In this document: positions 1-9,426 of the stretch, piece by piece
How positions within the stretch are numbered: position 1 is the stretch's first letter
Layout: each line of letters begins with the position of its first letter
Source: Wolbachia endosymbiont of Ctenocephalides orientis wCori
Lineage (GTDB): Bacteria; Pseudomonadota; Alphaproteobacteria; Rickettsiales; Anaplasmataceae
Length of the DNA: 32,000 bases
Reading direction: 5' to 3'
Assembly (NCBI GenBank): GCA_028571345.1
Contig: CP116769.1
Location: 1,103,486 to 1,135,485 of the forward strand
Made by a program: the position numbers and the translations under genes
Notes under the pieces: model-generated
The model's input: only the letters and a program-made list of their open reading frames with translations
What the model was told of the DNA's origin: nothing
Database searches by the model: none

Positions 1-3
1 GGG

Positions 4-1698
4 ATGTTAAATAACTTGAGAAAATGCTATGAAAATAATAGCATTTCAAATGACACACAAAAATATTTTTGCTATCAAAAACGCTCTGTTTTTTTGATTT
101 CACAATCTCAAATGGTTCATGCAAGGGATCTTATGCGAACAAAAAATAAAGTCTTTAACCGAAGAGCATTTATATTGGGTGGGTTTCATCTTACCATTTC
201 TGCCGTTTTTAGTTATAGGCTATACAATTTACAAATCAAAAATAAACGAAAATACGAAATATTGTCCAATAAAAATAGGATACGAATAACCACTATTTTA
301 CCGCAGCGAGGTAAAATTTTGGATAGAAATAATATTGAGCTTGCAGCAAACAAAATCTCTTATTTTGTTATTTTTGATGGAGAAAAAATTTCTAATCGAG
401 AAGTAAATTTACATGAAGAGGAGCACAATATAACAGGAGAAAAAATCACCGCTCTTTATAAACGTCACTACCCATTTGGTCCGATATGCTCTCATATATT
501 GGGGTATACAAAAAAGCAACAAGGAACAAGTGAAGTGGGAGTCAGTGGTATTGAGTACATATACAACGATATATTAAAAGGCGAACCAGGGGAATTTCAG
601 CAAGAGATAAATTCCAGAAAGCGTGTAACTAAGGAATTATCAAGACTACCACAACAAGATGGGGAGGATGTGCAACTAACTATTGACATTAATCTCCAAG
701 AAAAAGTAGCAGGGGTATTTAAGGGCCACACAGGTTCTGTAACGATAATTGATATAAATGATGGAGGAATTTTAGCATTATATAATTCACCTTCTTATGA
801 CAATAACCTTTTTACTGATAGATTATCAAACGAAACTTGGGAAAATCTAAATTCTTCTGAACTGCCACTTGTGAATCGTGCACTTTCACATCAAATTCCA
901 CCCGGTTCAATTTTTAAGACAATAGTTGCACTTGCAGCATTAAAAGATGGAATAATCACAACAGAGAGGGAATTTCTATGCAGAGGCCACATGAAAATAG
1001 GTGAGCAAAAATTTCACTGTTGGAAAAAAGAAGGTCATGGATATGTATCTTTAAATGAAGCAATAGCCTCTTCGTGCAACACTTATTTTTATAATATAGG
1101 AAAAGAAATAAGCGTAGACTCTCTGATGGAAATGGCCAGCAAATTTGGTATTGGAAGTGGCAAATTGATAAAAACATTTAAAGAAGAAGCCTCAGGATTA
1201 TTACCTAATAAAGATTGGCGTACACGAAAGCTGTACTCAGAATGGCAATTGGATGATACTATTAATTTAGTTATAGGGCAGGGATATATTCTCACAACAC
1301 CGTTGCAGCTTGCAGTGCTTGCAGCAAGGCTTGCAACAGGAAAAGACATAACACCATGTATTGAAATGAGCAAAACAACACATGATTTCCCGTGCCTTGA
1401 TGTAAATCGCGAGCATCTTAATATAGTTCAAAAAGCTATGTTTGATGTGGTAAATTCTAAAATTGGCACTGCAGCATCTATTCATAAAAAAAGGTTTGAT
1501 TTTTCCAGAGGTGTTCAAATTTCAGGTAAAACCGGTACGCCAGAGACAAATTCTAAAAGCGCAAGTCACAAACTATTTATTGCTTATGTCCCTTCACATA
1601 ATCCACGTTATGCAATTTCTGTATTTATAGAAAATTGCAAATCTCCGCGTCAAGATTTCCTTGTAGCCAATGAAATATTTCAGTATATGCTTGCCTAG
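4..1698 (+). CDS. mrdA: Penicillin-binding protein 2 (class B PBP, elongation transpeptidase)
   Basis: 564-aa ORF with an N-terminal TM helix (FILGGFHLTISAVFSY). All three PBP boxes are visible: SxxK (GSIFKT), SxN (SSCNTYF) and KTG (SGKTGTP). The true start is probably Met at 112 or 133. The ORF is open to the window edge. Confidence 0.85.
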   Translation: MLNNLRKCYENNSISNDTQKYFCYQKRSVFLISQSQMVHARDLMRTKNKVFNRRAFILGGFHLTISAVFSYRLYNLQIKNKRKYEILSNKNRIRITTILPQRGKILDRNNIELAANKISYFVIFDGEKISNREVNLHEEEHNITGEKITALYKRHYPFGPICSHILGYTKKQQGTSEVGVSGIEYIYNDILKGEPGEFQQEINSRKRVTKELSRLPQQDGEDVQLTIDINLQEKVAGVFKGHTGSVTIIDINDGGILALYNSPSYDNNLFTDRLSNETWENLNSSELPLVNRALSHQIPPGSIFKTIVALAALKDGIITTEREFLCRGHMKIGEQKFHCWKKEGHGYVSLNEAIASSCNTYFYNIGKEISVDSLMEMASKFGIGSGKLIKTFKEEASGLLPNKDWRTRKLYSEWQLDDTINLVIGQGYILTTPLQLAVLAARLATGKDITPCIEMSKTTHDFPCLDVNREHLNIVQKAMFDVVNSKIGTAASIHKKRFDFSRGVQISGKTGTPETNSKSASHKLFIAYVPSHNPRYAISVFIENCKSPRQDFLVANEIFQYMLA

Positions 1699-1765
1699 AA
1701 GGAGTGGAGAAAATTTAGGTTAAGGATAGTTTATATGTTATATTATAAAATATTTTTATAATTTT

Positions 1766-2596
1766 ATGAGCGTTTTAAACTGCTATGATATGCGTTGTGT
1801 GCATGCGATGCATGGTACTGGAAATAATTTTATTATCATAGATTCACGCTCAAAAAATAACCTTAATTTAAATTATAAAGGCATTGCCAATGAAGGTGGT
1901 TATGATCAAGTCATAATCATAACCCATTCCATCTTAGCTGATTGCTTTATGCACGTTTATAACGCTGACGGCAGCAAAGCCGAAATGTGTGGAAATGCAG
2001 CACGCTGTGTTGGACATTTGATAATGCTAGAGAAGAGCGCTGAGTACATTACGATTGAGTTAGTAAATAAACGCATTTTAGAATGCTTTAAAGTAGGTGA
2101 TAAATCTATAAAAGTCAATATGGGCAAACCGTTGCTTAAATGGCATGAAATTCCTCTATCTATCGAGTGTGACACTCTTCATGTACCTTTAAAGTTTGAA
2201 ATGCTAAGAGATCCTGTTGCAGTAAACATTGGCAATCCACATATAATTTTTTTTTCTGAAGATAAAGATAAAATACCATTAGAGCAGTTAGGGCCAAAAC
2301 TAGAAAATTATAAGCTATTTCATAAAAAAACGAATGTTAGCGTGGCACAGATTGAAAAATCCGGAGAAATCAGTTTGAGAGTATGGGAAAGAGGCACAGG
2401 TATTACTGCCTCATGTGGCAGTGCAGCATGTGCGGCGCTTATTGCGTCCGTGCTACGTGGATATCTGAGCTCTAAAAAAGCTCCAGTCAATTTGCCAGGA
2501 GGTACACTACTCATCGAATGGGCAAGTGATGTGTTTATGACCGGAGATGTAGCTTACTCAAATGAGGTTGACCGTTTCTGTCACCCTATGGCTTGA
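1766..2596 (+). CDS. dapF: Diaminopimelate epimerase
   Basis: Has MHGTGNNFIIID, NADGSKAEMCGNAARC and GTGITASCGSAACA, the two catalytic-Cys motifs of DapF. The start may be Met at 1790. The last ~8 codons and the stop lie in a repeat element. Confidence 0.9.
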   Translation: MSVLNCYDMRCVHAMHGTGNNFIIIDSRSKNNLNLNYKGIANEGGYDQVIIITHSILADCFMHVYNADGSKAEMCGNAARCVGHLIMLEKSAEYITIELVNKRILECFKVGDKSIKVNMGKPLLKWHEIPLSIECDTLHVPLKFEMLRDPVAVNIGNPHIIFFSEDKDKIPLEQLGPKLENYKLFHKKTNVSVAQIEKSGEISLRVWERGTGITASCGSAACAALIASVLRGYLSSKKAPVNLPGGTLLIEWASDVFMTGDVAYSNEVDRFCHPMA

Positions 2597-2719
2597 CCTA
2601 CAACTGTATGAATATTGCGTTTTAGGTAAGTTGCTCCCAAAATGGTGTCATTCCAGTACTTGATACTAGGATCAAGTAAGAAAGACCTGGATTTCAGCGT
2701 CACACACTGGAATGACATC
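2571..2719 (+). repeat. Palindromic modular repeat, family 1, long-form copy (overlaps the dapF 3' end)
   Basis: 2571-2598 matches 29732-29759 with 2 mismatches in 28 nt. 2599-2643 resembles 21105-21150. 2644-2719 carries the termini ggtgtcattcc...ggaatgaca and an internal hairpin. Confidence 0.8.
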
Positions 2720-3259
2720 AACTGATTTTTCTTTAAATTAAAGCTATGCAAAAAATTTAAAAATCAAATACCATTAAAGCAAATCATTGCAGTAGGGAAA
2801 AGAAAATGCAGCCCATTAACAAGCTTACCTAGCAAGCATAACCACTCCGAAATAACGTTAGATTTTTCTTAGATCTCCCTATTCTGATCTTTGATCATGA
2901 TGTTCTACCCTTGCTTGTGTGACATCATTACCTGTTACATCGGCTTCATAAATTTGGTTGGAATTCTTGCCAATTCCTTGTTGTCTTCCTTTATCTGTTT
3001 ATTAAGTATACCTACCAATGCCCTGTTGTCTTTATCTTCACTATTTTCACTTATGAATTCATGCCGATAAAGTATTTTAAGAGCGTCTAGTAAAATTGCC
3101 ATGAAGAAATTGAGTTTAAAAGTAGGTCCATTGTTTTCTTGTCTGTATCATCTGAAAAACTTATAATTTATTTTATCTTATTAACAGATGTGTATTTAAG
3201 GTATTTTTTTATATTAACAAGTTTTTTGCATAATAATTCATTAATAAATTAGGTTTTAT

Positions 3260-3766
3260 ATGGATGATAATTTAGTATGTTTAGGAGTTATTACTTCTCC
3301 TCATGGTATAAAGGGTGCTGTTAAAGTAAAAATTTTTACTGAAAAACCTGAGGACATTTCTTTATATGGTGAATTAGTCAGTGATGGAAAGAGCTATAAA
3401 ATAAATTCAATATCTGTCATAGGTGATAGTTTAGTTATAGCAACAATTAATGGAGTAAGTTCTCGCAATGAAGCAGAACTCCTCAGAAACAAAAAATTAT
3501 ATGTGGCGAGAAATAAGCTACCGAAACTTGTATCTGAAGATGAATTTTATCAACACGATCTTATAGATATGAGAGTAATGCTAGAAAACAATGGGCTGTA
3601 TGGCTACGTGCAGTCTATACACAATTTTGGTGCAGGCGATATATTAGAGATCTCAGTGGTAGGTACACAAAAGACAATTATGTTATCTTTTACTAAAGAA
3701 ACATTTCCGCATATAAACATAAAAGAAAGGTATATAGTGTTAAATATGCCGCAGGTTATTGATTAG
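3260..3766 (+). CDS. rimM: 16S rRNA processing protein RimM
   Basis: 168 aa. The N-terminus [24 protein letters not shown] and a C-terminal PRC-barrel-like region are typical of RimM. Confidence 0.85.
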   Translation: MDDNLVCLGVITSPHGIKGAVKVKIFTEKPEDISLYGELVSDGKSYKINSISVIGDSLVIATINGVSSRNEAELLRNKKLYVARNKLPKLVSEDEFYQHDLIDMRVMLENNGLYGYVQSIHNFGAGDILEISVVGTQKTIMLSFTKETFPHINIKERYIVLNMPQVID

Positions 3767-3777
3767 ATCTATTGCAT

Positions 3778-3896
3778 AACTCATTTTCTGATGGAAATTT
3801 TGTCTTTGAAGCTTAATTATGCTCCTAAAATATGTTCGAGTATTCTGCGGTGCTTATCTGCGACTCTCCTAAAAATTTCTCATCATAAACAGGTTC
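3778..3896 (-). repeat. Family 2 intergenic repeat (inverted copy)
   Basis: The reverse complement aligns over ~120 nt with 6536-6655. The shared core is tttttaggagag..gca..aagcac.gcagaatactcgaa..tatttt/gaggag, then gacaa(caa)aatt.ccat. Confidence 0.8.
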
Positions 3897-3976
3897 TGCA
3901 ATAGTCCTATTAACAAAGGCTTTGATATTTTATACAAAGCTACTTATAATTATGTAATCAAGTTAAGAGTGTATTT

Positions 3977-4543
3977 ATGGCAGAAAGAGCTAACGATATT
4001 AGACCAGGTCAAGTGCTGGAACATAATGGAGGATTGTTTTTGGTTGTAAGCATTATGCATACTCAGCCTGGTAAAGGCGGTGCATATATAAAGGCTGAAA
4101 TGAAAAATATCAAAACTGGTTCAAAACATCATGAAAGATTTCGCTCTGATGCAACAATTAGAAGGGCAATTTTAGATGAAGAAGAATACACTTATCTGTT
4201 TACTGAAGGAAATCTTGTAAATCTTATGCACCCAACTAATTATGAGCAAATTACTATAGACTTGAACTTATTGGGAGAGAAAAAAGTTTATCTACAGGAT
4301 AACATGAAAATAAAAGTGGTAACTTATCAAGACGAGGTAATTTCTGCACACGTGCCTGATTATGTAACATTTGCTGTAAAAGAAACAGAGTCCATCATTA
4401 AAGGACAGACCGCTACTGCCTCTTATAAACCTGCAATTTTAGAAAATGGAATGCGTGTTAGTGTTCCCCAATTTATAAAGGAAGAAGACAAAATTGTAAT
4501 CCATACTCCTAACGACAGTTACTACGAAAGAGTAAAAGGATAA
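3977..4543 (+). CDS. efp: Elongation factor P
   Basis: 188 aa with MAERANDIRPGQVLEHNGGLFLVV...PGKGGAYIKAEMKNIKTG, the canonical EF-P N-terminal loop. Confidence 0.95.
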   Translation: MAERANDIRPGQVLEHNGGLFLVVSIMHTQPGKGGAYIKAEMKNIKTGSKHHERFRSDATIRRAILDEEEYTYLFTEGNLVNLMHPTNYEQITIDLNLLGEKKVYLQDNMKIKVVTYQDEVISAHVPDYVTFAVKETESIIKGQTATASYKPAILENGMRVSVPQFIKEEDKIVIHTPNDSYYERVKG

Positions 4544-4552
4544 AAGGAAAAT

Positions 4553-5236
4553 ATGTCAATTTCATCGACACGAATTAACGTAATGCTTGGTTCTGTGCAT
4601 AGCGCTTCCAAGCAGCTCATGCGTGATTTCAATGAATTGCAAATCTCTAATGTCAAGTCAGCTGATTTTCTCAATAAAGCTTATTCAAGGTCTAAAAACA
4701 TTATATACGATTGGTTATATGGTTATAAAAGAGATTATGGTTTTATTTATGAGGATGATGCTAATCAAGAAATAAATGACAATGATTATACTTGGTTCGT
4801 CATGCCTATAGAAAGTAAAGAAAATTTTTCTAGCTGCATAGTTTATTTTGCAGTATCGGTCTGCCTTATTCATAAGAATAAAGTTGTTGCAGTTGTCATT
4901 GATGCTCCAGCCCTAAAAGAAACCTTTTGGGCGGAAGAAAAGAAAGGTGCATTTCTTGAAGATTTTAAATCTCGCTGCATAAAAATGCGGATGAAAAGCC
5001 GTGATGGAGGGTTAATAGATGTGAGCAGTAATTTATTAAATAAGCTAAAGCAGGACAATAGTAGTGTGCGTTCTTTTGGCTCAACAGTTTTAGGTTTTGC
5101 TTATCTTGCTGCAGGCAGATATAGTGGAATAATCTACTCTGAAGCTAATCAATACAAAAAATCTCTTGGCAGGCTATTTCTACAAGAAAGTGGTGGAAAG
5201 CTAAAAGAAGATAAAGGTTTGATTATTGCCGGGTAA
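4553..5236 (+). CDS. Inositol monophosphatase (SuhB/IMPase) family protein with degenerate metal-binding motifs
   Basis: Collinear with the IMPase fold. WFVMPIESKENF sits at the W-x-x-D-P-x-D-G-T-x-N-F position, and YKKSLGRLFLQESGG at the W-D-x-A-A-G...E-A-G-G position. 227 aa. Confidence 0.7.
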   Translation: MSISSTRINVMLGSVHSASKQLMRDFNELQISNVKSADFLNKAYSRSKNIIYDWLYGYKRDYGFIYEDDANQEINDNDYTWFVMPIESKENFSSCIVYFAVSVCLIHKNKVVAVVIDAPALKETFWAEEKKGAFLEDFKSRCIKMRMKSRDGGLIDVSSNLLNKLKQDNSSVRSFGSTVLGFAYLAAGRYSGIIYSEANQYKKSLGRLFLQESGGKLKEDKGLIIAG

Positions 5237-5318
5237 TATTGTATTATAAAGTAACAGATAATACTTTACTTCAAACCAGATATGGATATCATTTAAAATA
5301 TATTTTTAAGGCTTATTA

Positions 5319-6476
5319 ATGTCGGAAATTGTAAGCGTGAGTATGGAAGGGAAAGAGCAAGTTCTTGTATATGGGAAGGTGCATTTTAGTGTAAGCCGTA
5401 CAAGCCTTTTAAATACATTATCAAGGATCAGCGGAGTGGTTGAAAGGCGCAACGCGATAGATGTCTTATCATGCATAAGTATTAAAGCACAAGAAGGTAA
5501 AATAAAATTAATAGCTACTGATCTTGATATTTCAATGTTTGCTTCACTTGCTGCAAATGTAACAACAGAAGGAGAAATAAAGGTCTCAGCTCATACTTTA
5601 CACGATATAGTCAAAAAATTGCCGGCTGATCTAGATATAAATTTTGAGGTTAAGGATCAAGGAAAATTATTGATATCATGTGGAAATGCGAACTTTTCTC
5701 TACAGAATGTGGTGTCAGATAAATTTCCCGCCCTTGAAGAAGATGATTATAAGCATGATTTTACCCTGCTCACTACAGATTTAGCAGATTTATTAACAAA
5801 AACGAAATTTGCTGTGTCGTTGGATGACACAAGATATAACCTAAATGGAATATACATTCACACAGATGAACAATTTCTATACTGCGCTGCAACTGATGGA
5901 CACCGTCTTGCGTACGCAAAAAAAGCTAAGCCCACTAATATAAGCGGCGAGTTTGGCATTATCATTCCACGTAAAACTGTTATGGAGCTGTTAAAAGTGT
6001 TGGATTATTGTAATGAAATTAACGTTAAGCTTTCAGAGAGGAAAATAAAATTTACATGTGGTGAATACATTTTAATATCAAAATTAATAGATGGAACCTT
6101 TCCAGACTATAAATCTGTTATTCCATTGTCTCAAGATAAGCACATGTTTGTTGAAAGTAAAAAGCTTTCAGATGTTATAGATCGGGTTTCCGTCGTTATA
6201 CATGATAAGGTAAAATCTATAAAATTCTCTCTAGAAAAAAACAAACTAACTTTACATTCAAATTCCTCAGAGCGCAGTGACGCAACTGAGTCTATAGATG
6301 TGGATTATAATAGTGCTGCTATAGAAATAGGGTTCAACTCACGATATTTGCTTGATGCTTTATCTTGCATAAAGAACAAATGTAAATTCAGCTTAATCGA
6401 TAGCAGTAGTGCTGCACAAATAACTGATGAAGACGATTCAGATGCATTATATATAGTAATGCCCATGAGAACTTAA
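5319..6476 (+). CDS. dnaN: DNA polymerase III beta sliding clamp
   Basis: 385 aa. LSRISGVVERRNAIDVLSCISIKAQEGKIKLIATDLDIS and ATDGHRLA are typical DnaN domain I/II signatures. Confidence 0.9.
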   Translation: MSEIVSVSMEGKEQVLVYGKVHFSVSRTSLLNTLSRISGVVERRNAIDVLSCISIKAQEGKIKLIATDLDISMFASLAANVTTEGEIKVSAHTLHDIVKKLPADLDINFEVKDQGKLLISCGNANFSLQNVVSDKFPALEEDDYKHDFTLLTTDLADLLTKTKFAVSLDDTRYNLNGIYIHTDEQFLYCAATDGHRLAYAKKAKPTNISGEFGIIIPRKTVMELLKVLDYCNEINVKLSERKIKFTCGEYILISKLIDGTFPDYKSVIPLSQDKHMFVESKKLSDVIDRVSVVIHDKVKSIKFSLEKNKLTLHSNSSERSDATESIDVDYNSAAIEIGFNSRYLLDALSCIKNKCKFSLIDSSSAAQITDEDDSDALYIVMPMRT

Positions 6477-6535
6477 ACGTAATCTTTCAGCTAATTCTAT
6501 AGCCGTTAAAACCCTTGTGTAAATAGACTTCTTTT

Positions 6536-6655
6536 GAAACAGATTTATGGTGAGAAGTTTTTAGGAGAGGTGCAAGCAAGCACTGCAGAATACTCGAATG
6601 TATTTGAGGAGCGTAGCTCAGCATCGACAACAAAATTGCCATTAAAAATTGAGTT
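6536..6655 (+). repeat. Family 2 intergenic repeat (direct copy)
   Basis: Aligns with the reverse complement of 3778-3896. It lies between convergent dnaN and ispH. Confidence 0.8.
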
Positions 6656-6683
6656 TCGAAAGAAGTATAATCATAATTTTGAA

Positions 6684-7646
6684 TTAACTTGACCTGTAAT
6701 CCTCCCCAGATGATCTACTGATATGAGTTGGTATCTTAAACTGTACATTTTCAGTTATACCACCTGGCATCACTGAAATTTTCACATCGGTTATTGTTTT
6801 GAGGTAATCTATTAGGTTATCCACTAATATGTCAGGAGCAGAGGCTCCCGCGGTGATTCCAAGTTTATCCACATCCTTCATCCAGCTTTTATCTATGCAA
6901 TTGTGATTGTCAATCAAATAAGCTTTCTTTCCTTTTGCAACACATAGGTCTAACAATCGGTTTGAATTTGAGCTATTTTTACTTCCTATAATTAAAACCA
7001 TATCTACTATTTCAGCGAGCTTTTTTACGGCATTTTGTCTGTTTTGTGTTGCATAGCATATATCTTTCAGATTAGGACCTGTGATATTTGGAAACTTAAG
7101 CATCAAAGCAGCAATAATTTCCTTGGTGTCATCAATACTTAATGTGGTTTGTGTTACATAGGATAGGTTATCTGGATTTTTAACTTGTAAATTATGTACA
7201 TCCTGGACAGCTTGAACTAGAATTATATGGTTATTTACTCTTCCTCTTATTCCCTTAACCTCTGGATGATTTTCATGCCCTATTAAAATTAACTCTTTAC
7301 CTAGATCTTCATAACTTTTTGCTTCTCTGTGCACTTTACTCACTAATGGACATGTAGCATCAATCACTTTAATGCCCTTTCTTTTTGTGTCACACTCTAT
7401 ACTTTCTGATACTCCATGAGCACTGAAGAGCAATATTCCTTGATTATCCTCAATTTCTTCAATATTTTTCACAAAAATCACACCTTGTTTCTTAAAATCC
7501 TCTACTATATATTTATTGTGTACAATTTCGTGCAACACATAAACCTGACATTTATTGCGATATTTTTTTAATGTAATAGCTAATATGTCTACAGCTCTTT
7601 TCACTCCCGCACAAAAGCCTCGCGGTTCAGCTAAGATAATTTCCAT
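6684..7646 (-). CDS. ispH: 4-hydroxy-3-methylbut-2-enyl diphosphate reductase
   Basis: Has [34 protein letters not shown] and ATCPLV (LytB/IspH Fe-S Cys motifs). The start is placed at Met 7646, which gives the canonical N-terminus. The ORF track extends to 7679. Confidence 0.9.
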   Translation of the reverse strand: MEIILAEPRGFCAGVKRAVDILAITLKKYRNKCQVYVLHEIVHNKYIVEDFKKQGVIFVKNIEEIEDNQGILLFSAHGVSESIECDTKRKGIKVIDATCPLVSKVHREAKSYEDLGKELILIGHENHPEVKGIRGRVNNHIILVQAVQDVHNLQVKNPDNLSYVTQTTLSIDDTKEIIAALMLKFPNITGPNLKDICYATQNRQNAVKKLAEIVDMVLIIGSKNSSNSNRLLDLCVAKGKKAYLIDNHNCIDKSWMKDVDKLGITAGASAPDILVDNLIDYLKTITDVKISVMPGGITENVQFKIPTHISRSSGEDYRSS

Positions 7647-7669
7647 TCCTTCTAGATCAAAATATAAGT

Positions 7670-9424
7670 ATGAAAGCACTACTTAAAAATAAGCTACGCT
7701 CACTATGTTTTATAGTACCATTATTTGTATTTTATATAATTATTATTTTTCGTATATGCTCTTTAGCATTTGGTGATCTAGATATTTCAAATGACCTGAG
7801 AAATAGTAGTAAAGAATACAGGCAACCTGATATTTTAGACAGAAATGGAGTAGTGGTTGCAACAAATGTGCCAACAACTTCGATATATACAGATCCAACC
7901 AGAGTAAAAAATTCAGAAAGCATAGCAACTCAATTATGCTCTACTTTGAGCAACCTTGAGTATGAAAATATATATAAAATACTTACTTCAAAAAAGAAAT
8001 TTGCCTGGATTAAACGGCATTTAGCTCCTCAAGAGTTGTTGAGAGTAAAAAATGATGGTGTACCTGGGATAAATTTCTATAGCGATGTAAAACGCATATA
8101 TCCACATGGTAATTTATTTGCACACGTGCTTGGCTACGCTGACATAGATGGTAGTGGTATTGCGGGCTTCGAGTCATATTTGAGCAAAAGACTGCCTTCC
8201 ATTGTTCAGGCAACTGACACACACTTATATAAATGTTGCAACTTGAAAGCAACTCTTACACAACAGATTGTGTCATCCCAGTGCTTGACACTGGGATCCA
8301 GGTATAAAAATACTCACGAATTATGTGATAAACAACAGATTTTAGAAACATGTGCCAAAAACAATACTCATGATGAAATTGTTCATAAAACTGGATTCCA
8401 GTGTCACAGCACTAGAATGACAACTAATGAATATGTAATGCTATGCGTAGTACACGATGAATTAACCAAAGCTATGAACAAATATCAAGCTCTTGGCGGA
8501 ATAGGAATTGTTTTAAATGTAGAAAACAGCGAGATTATTTCACTGGTTAGCTTGCCTGATTTTAATCCCAATCTCCAGAATAAAGCAAAAGATACACAGA
8601 AATTTAATCGTGCTAGTCTTGGAATATACGAAATGGGTTCAGTGTTAAAATTCTTTACCATAGCAGCAGCACTTGATGCAAACGTTATAAAGACCGATGA
8701 CTTATATGACGTATCAAAACCGATAACCATTGGAAAATATAAAATTCATGATTTTCATAAATCTAAGACTGCAAAAATTACTGTTCGAGATATATTTGTA
8801 AGATCATCTAATATTGGTGCAGCAAAAATTGCAGCTAAGCTTGGCATTGAAAAACAAGTGGAATATTTCAAAACGATGAAGCTGATTTCTCCACTAAAAG
8901 TAGAGATACCTGAAAAATCTAATCCAATAGCTCCAGATAAATGGAGTGAAAGCACGCTAATTACAGCATCTTACGGTTATGGAATAGCTATTACTCCTAT
9001 TCATATTGCACAGACTGCAGCTGCATTGGTTAATAATGGAATATTTCACAACGCAACTTTAATATTAGGTAAGAATAGCATAGGAGAGCAAATTATTACG
9101 AGAAAGACTTCCATTGAAATAAGAAAATTGTTGCGTAAGGCAGTGACCGATGGCACTGGAAGAAAGGCTAACGTCAAGGCCTACTCAATAGGAGGAAAAA
9201 TTGGATCAGCAGAGAAAGTTATAAATGGTAAATACAGTAAAGATGCAAACATAGCATCGTTTATAGGAGTCCTCACTACACTTGATCCAAGGTATATAGT
9301 ATTTATTGCAATTGATGAACCTCAGGGCATGCAATTTTCCACAGGGGGAATGATTGCTGCACCTATAGTAAAAAACATTATAAGTAGAATAATACCAATA
9401 TTAAATATAATGCCTGAGATGTAG
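7670..9424 (+). CDS. ftsI: Penicillin-binding protein 3 / FtsI-like class B PBP carrying an in-frame repeat-derived insert
   Basis: N-terminal TM helix, then [10 protein letters not shown] and [17 protein letters not shown] (PBP dimer module). SxxK is GSVLKF and SxN is RSSNIG. The third box reads GGKIGSA. Confidence 0.85.
   Translation: MKALLKNKLRSLCFIVPLFVFYIIIIFRICSLAFGDLDISNDLRNSSKEYRQPDILDRNGVVVATNVPTTSIYTDPTRVKNSESIATQLCSTLSNLEYENIYKILTSKKKFAWIKRHLAPQELLRVKNDGVPGINFYSDVKRIYPHGNLFAHVLGYADIDGSGIAGFESYLSKRLPSIVQATDTHLYKCCNLKATLTQQIVSSQCLTLGSRYKNTHELCDKQQILETCAKNNTHDEIVHKTGFQCHSTRMTTNEYVMLCVVHDELTKAMNKYQALGGIGIVLNVENSEIISLVSLPDFNPNLQNKAKDTQKFNRASLGIYEMGSVLKFFTIAAALDANVIKTDDLYDVSKPITIGKYKIHDFHKSKTAKITVRDIFVRSSNIGAAKIAAKLGIEKQVEYFKTMKLISPLKVEIPEKSNPIAPDKWSESTLITASYGYGIAITPIHIAQTAAALVNNGIFHNATLILGKNSIGEQIITRKTSIEIRKLLRKAVTDGTGRKANVKAYSIGGKIGSAEKVINGKYSKDANIASFIGVLTTLDPRYIVFIAIDEPQGMQFSTGGMIAAPIVKNIISRIIPILNIMPEM
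8268..8424 (+). repeat. Family 1 palindromic element inside the ftsI ORF (core; may extend 5' to ~8200)
   Basis: Termini are tgtcatcc...gaatgaca. Hairpins are cccagtgcttgacactggg and ggatccag...ctggattcc. The ends are the same as the copy at 29741-29812, but the centre is longer. Confidence 0.8.
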
Positions 9425-9426
9425 AA

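Noticed and set aside
956-1518. Three minus-strand ORFs (956-1177, 1089-1373, 1267-1518) inside mrdA
   Set aside because: They are antisense to a well-supported PBP2 gene and have low-complexity, Cys/Phe-rich translations. Shadow ORFs like these are typical of AT-rich DNA.
2898-3071. 57-aa hydrophobic plus-strand ORF (MMFYPCLCDIITCYIGFINLVG…) in the dapF-rimM gap
   Set aside because: It is the exact antisense of the more protein-like minus-strand remnant at 2935-3102. It is below the ORF cut-off, has low-complexity composition and has no ribosome-binding context.
4587-4775. 62-aa alternative-frame ORF inside the suhB-like gene
   Set aside because: It is a same-strand out-of-frame ORF with a Cys/Ile/Met-rich low-complexity translation. 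The IMPase-frame reading is collinear with the family.
7732-8955. Five minus-strand ORFs nested in ftsI
   Set aside because: They are antisense shadow ORFs with no motifs, and they are mutually overlapping.
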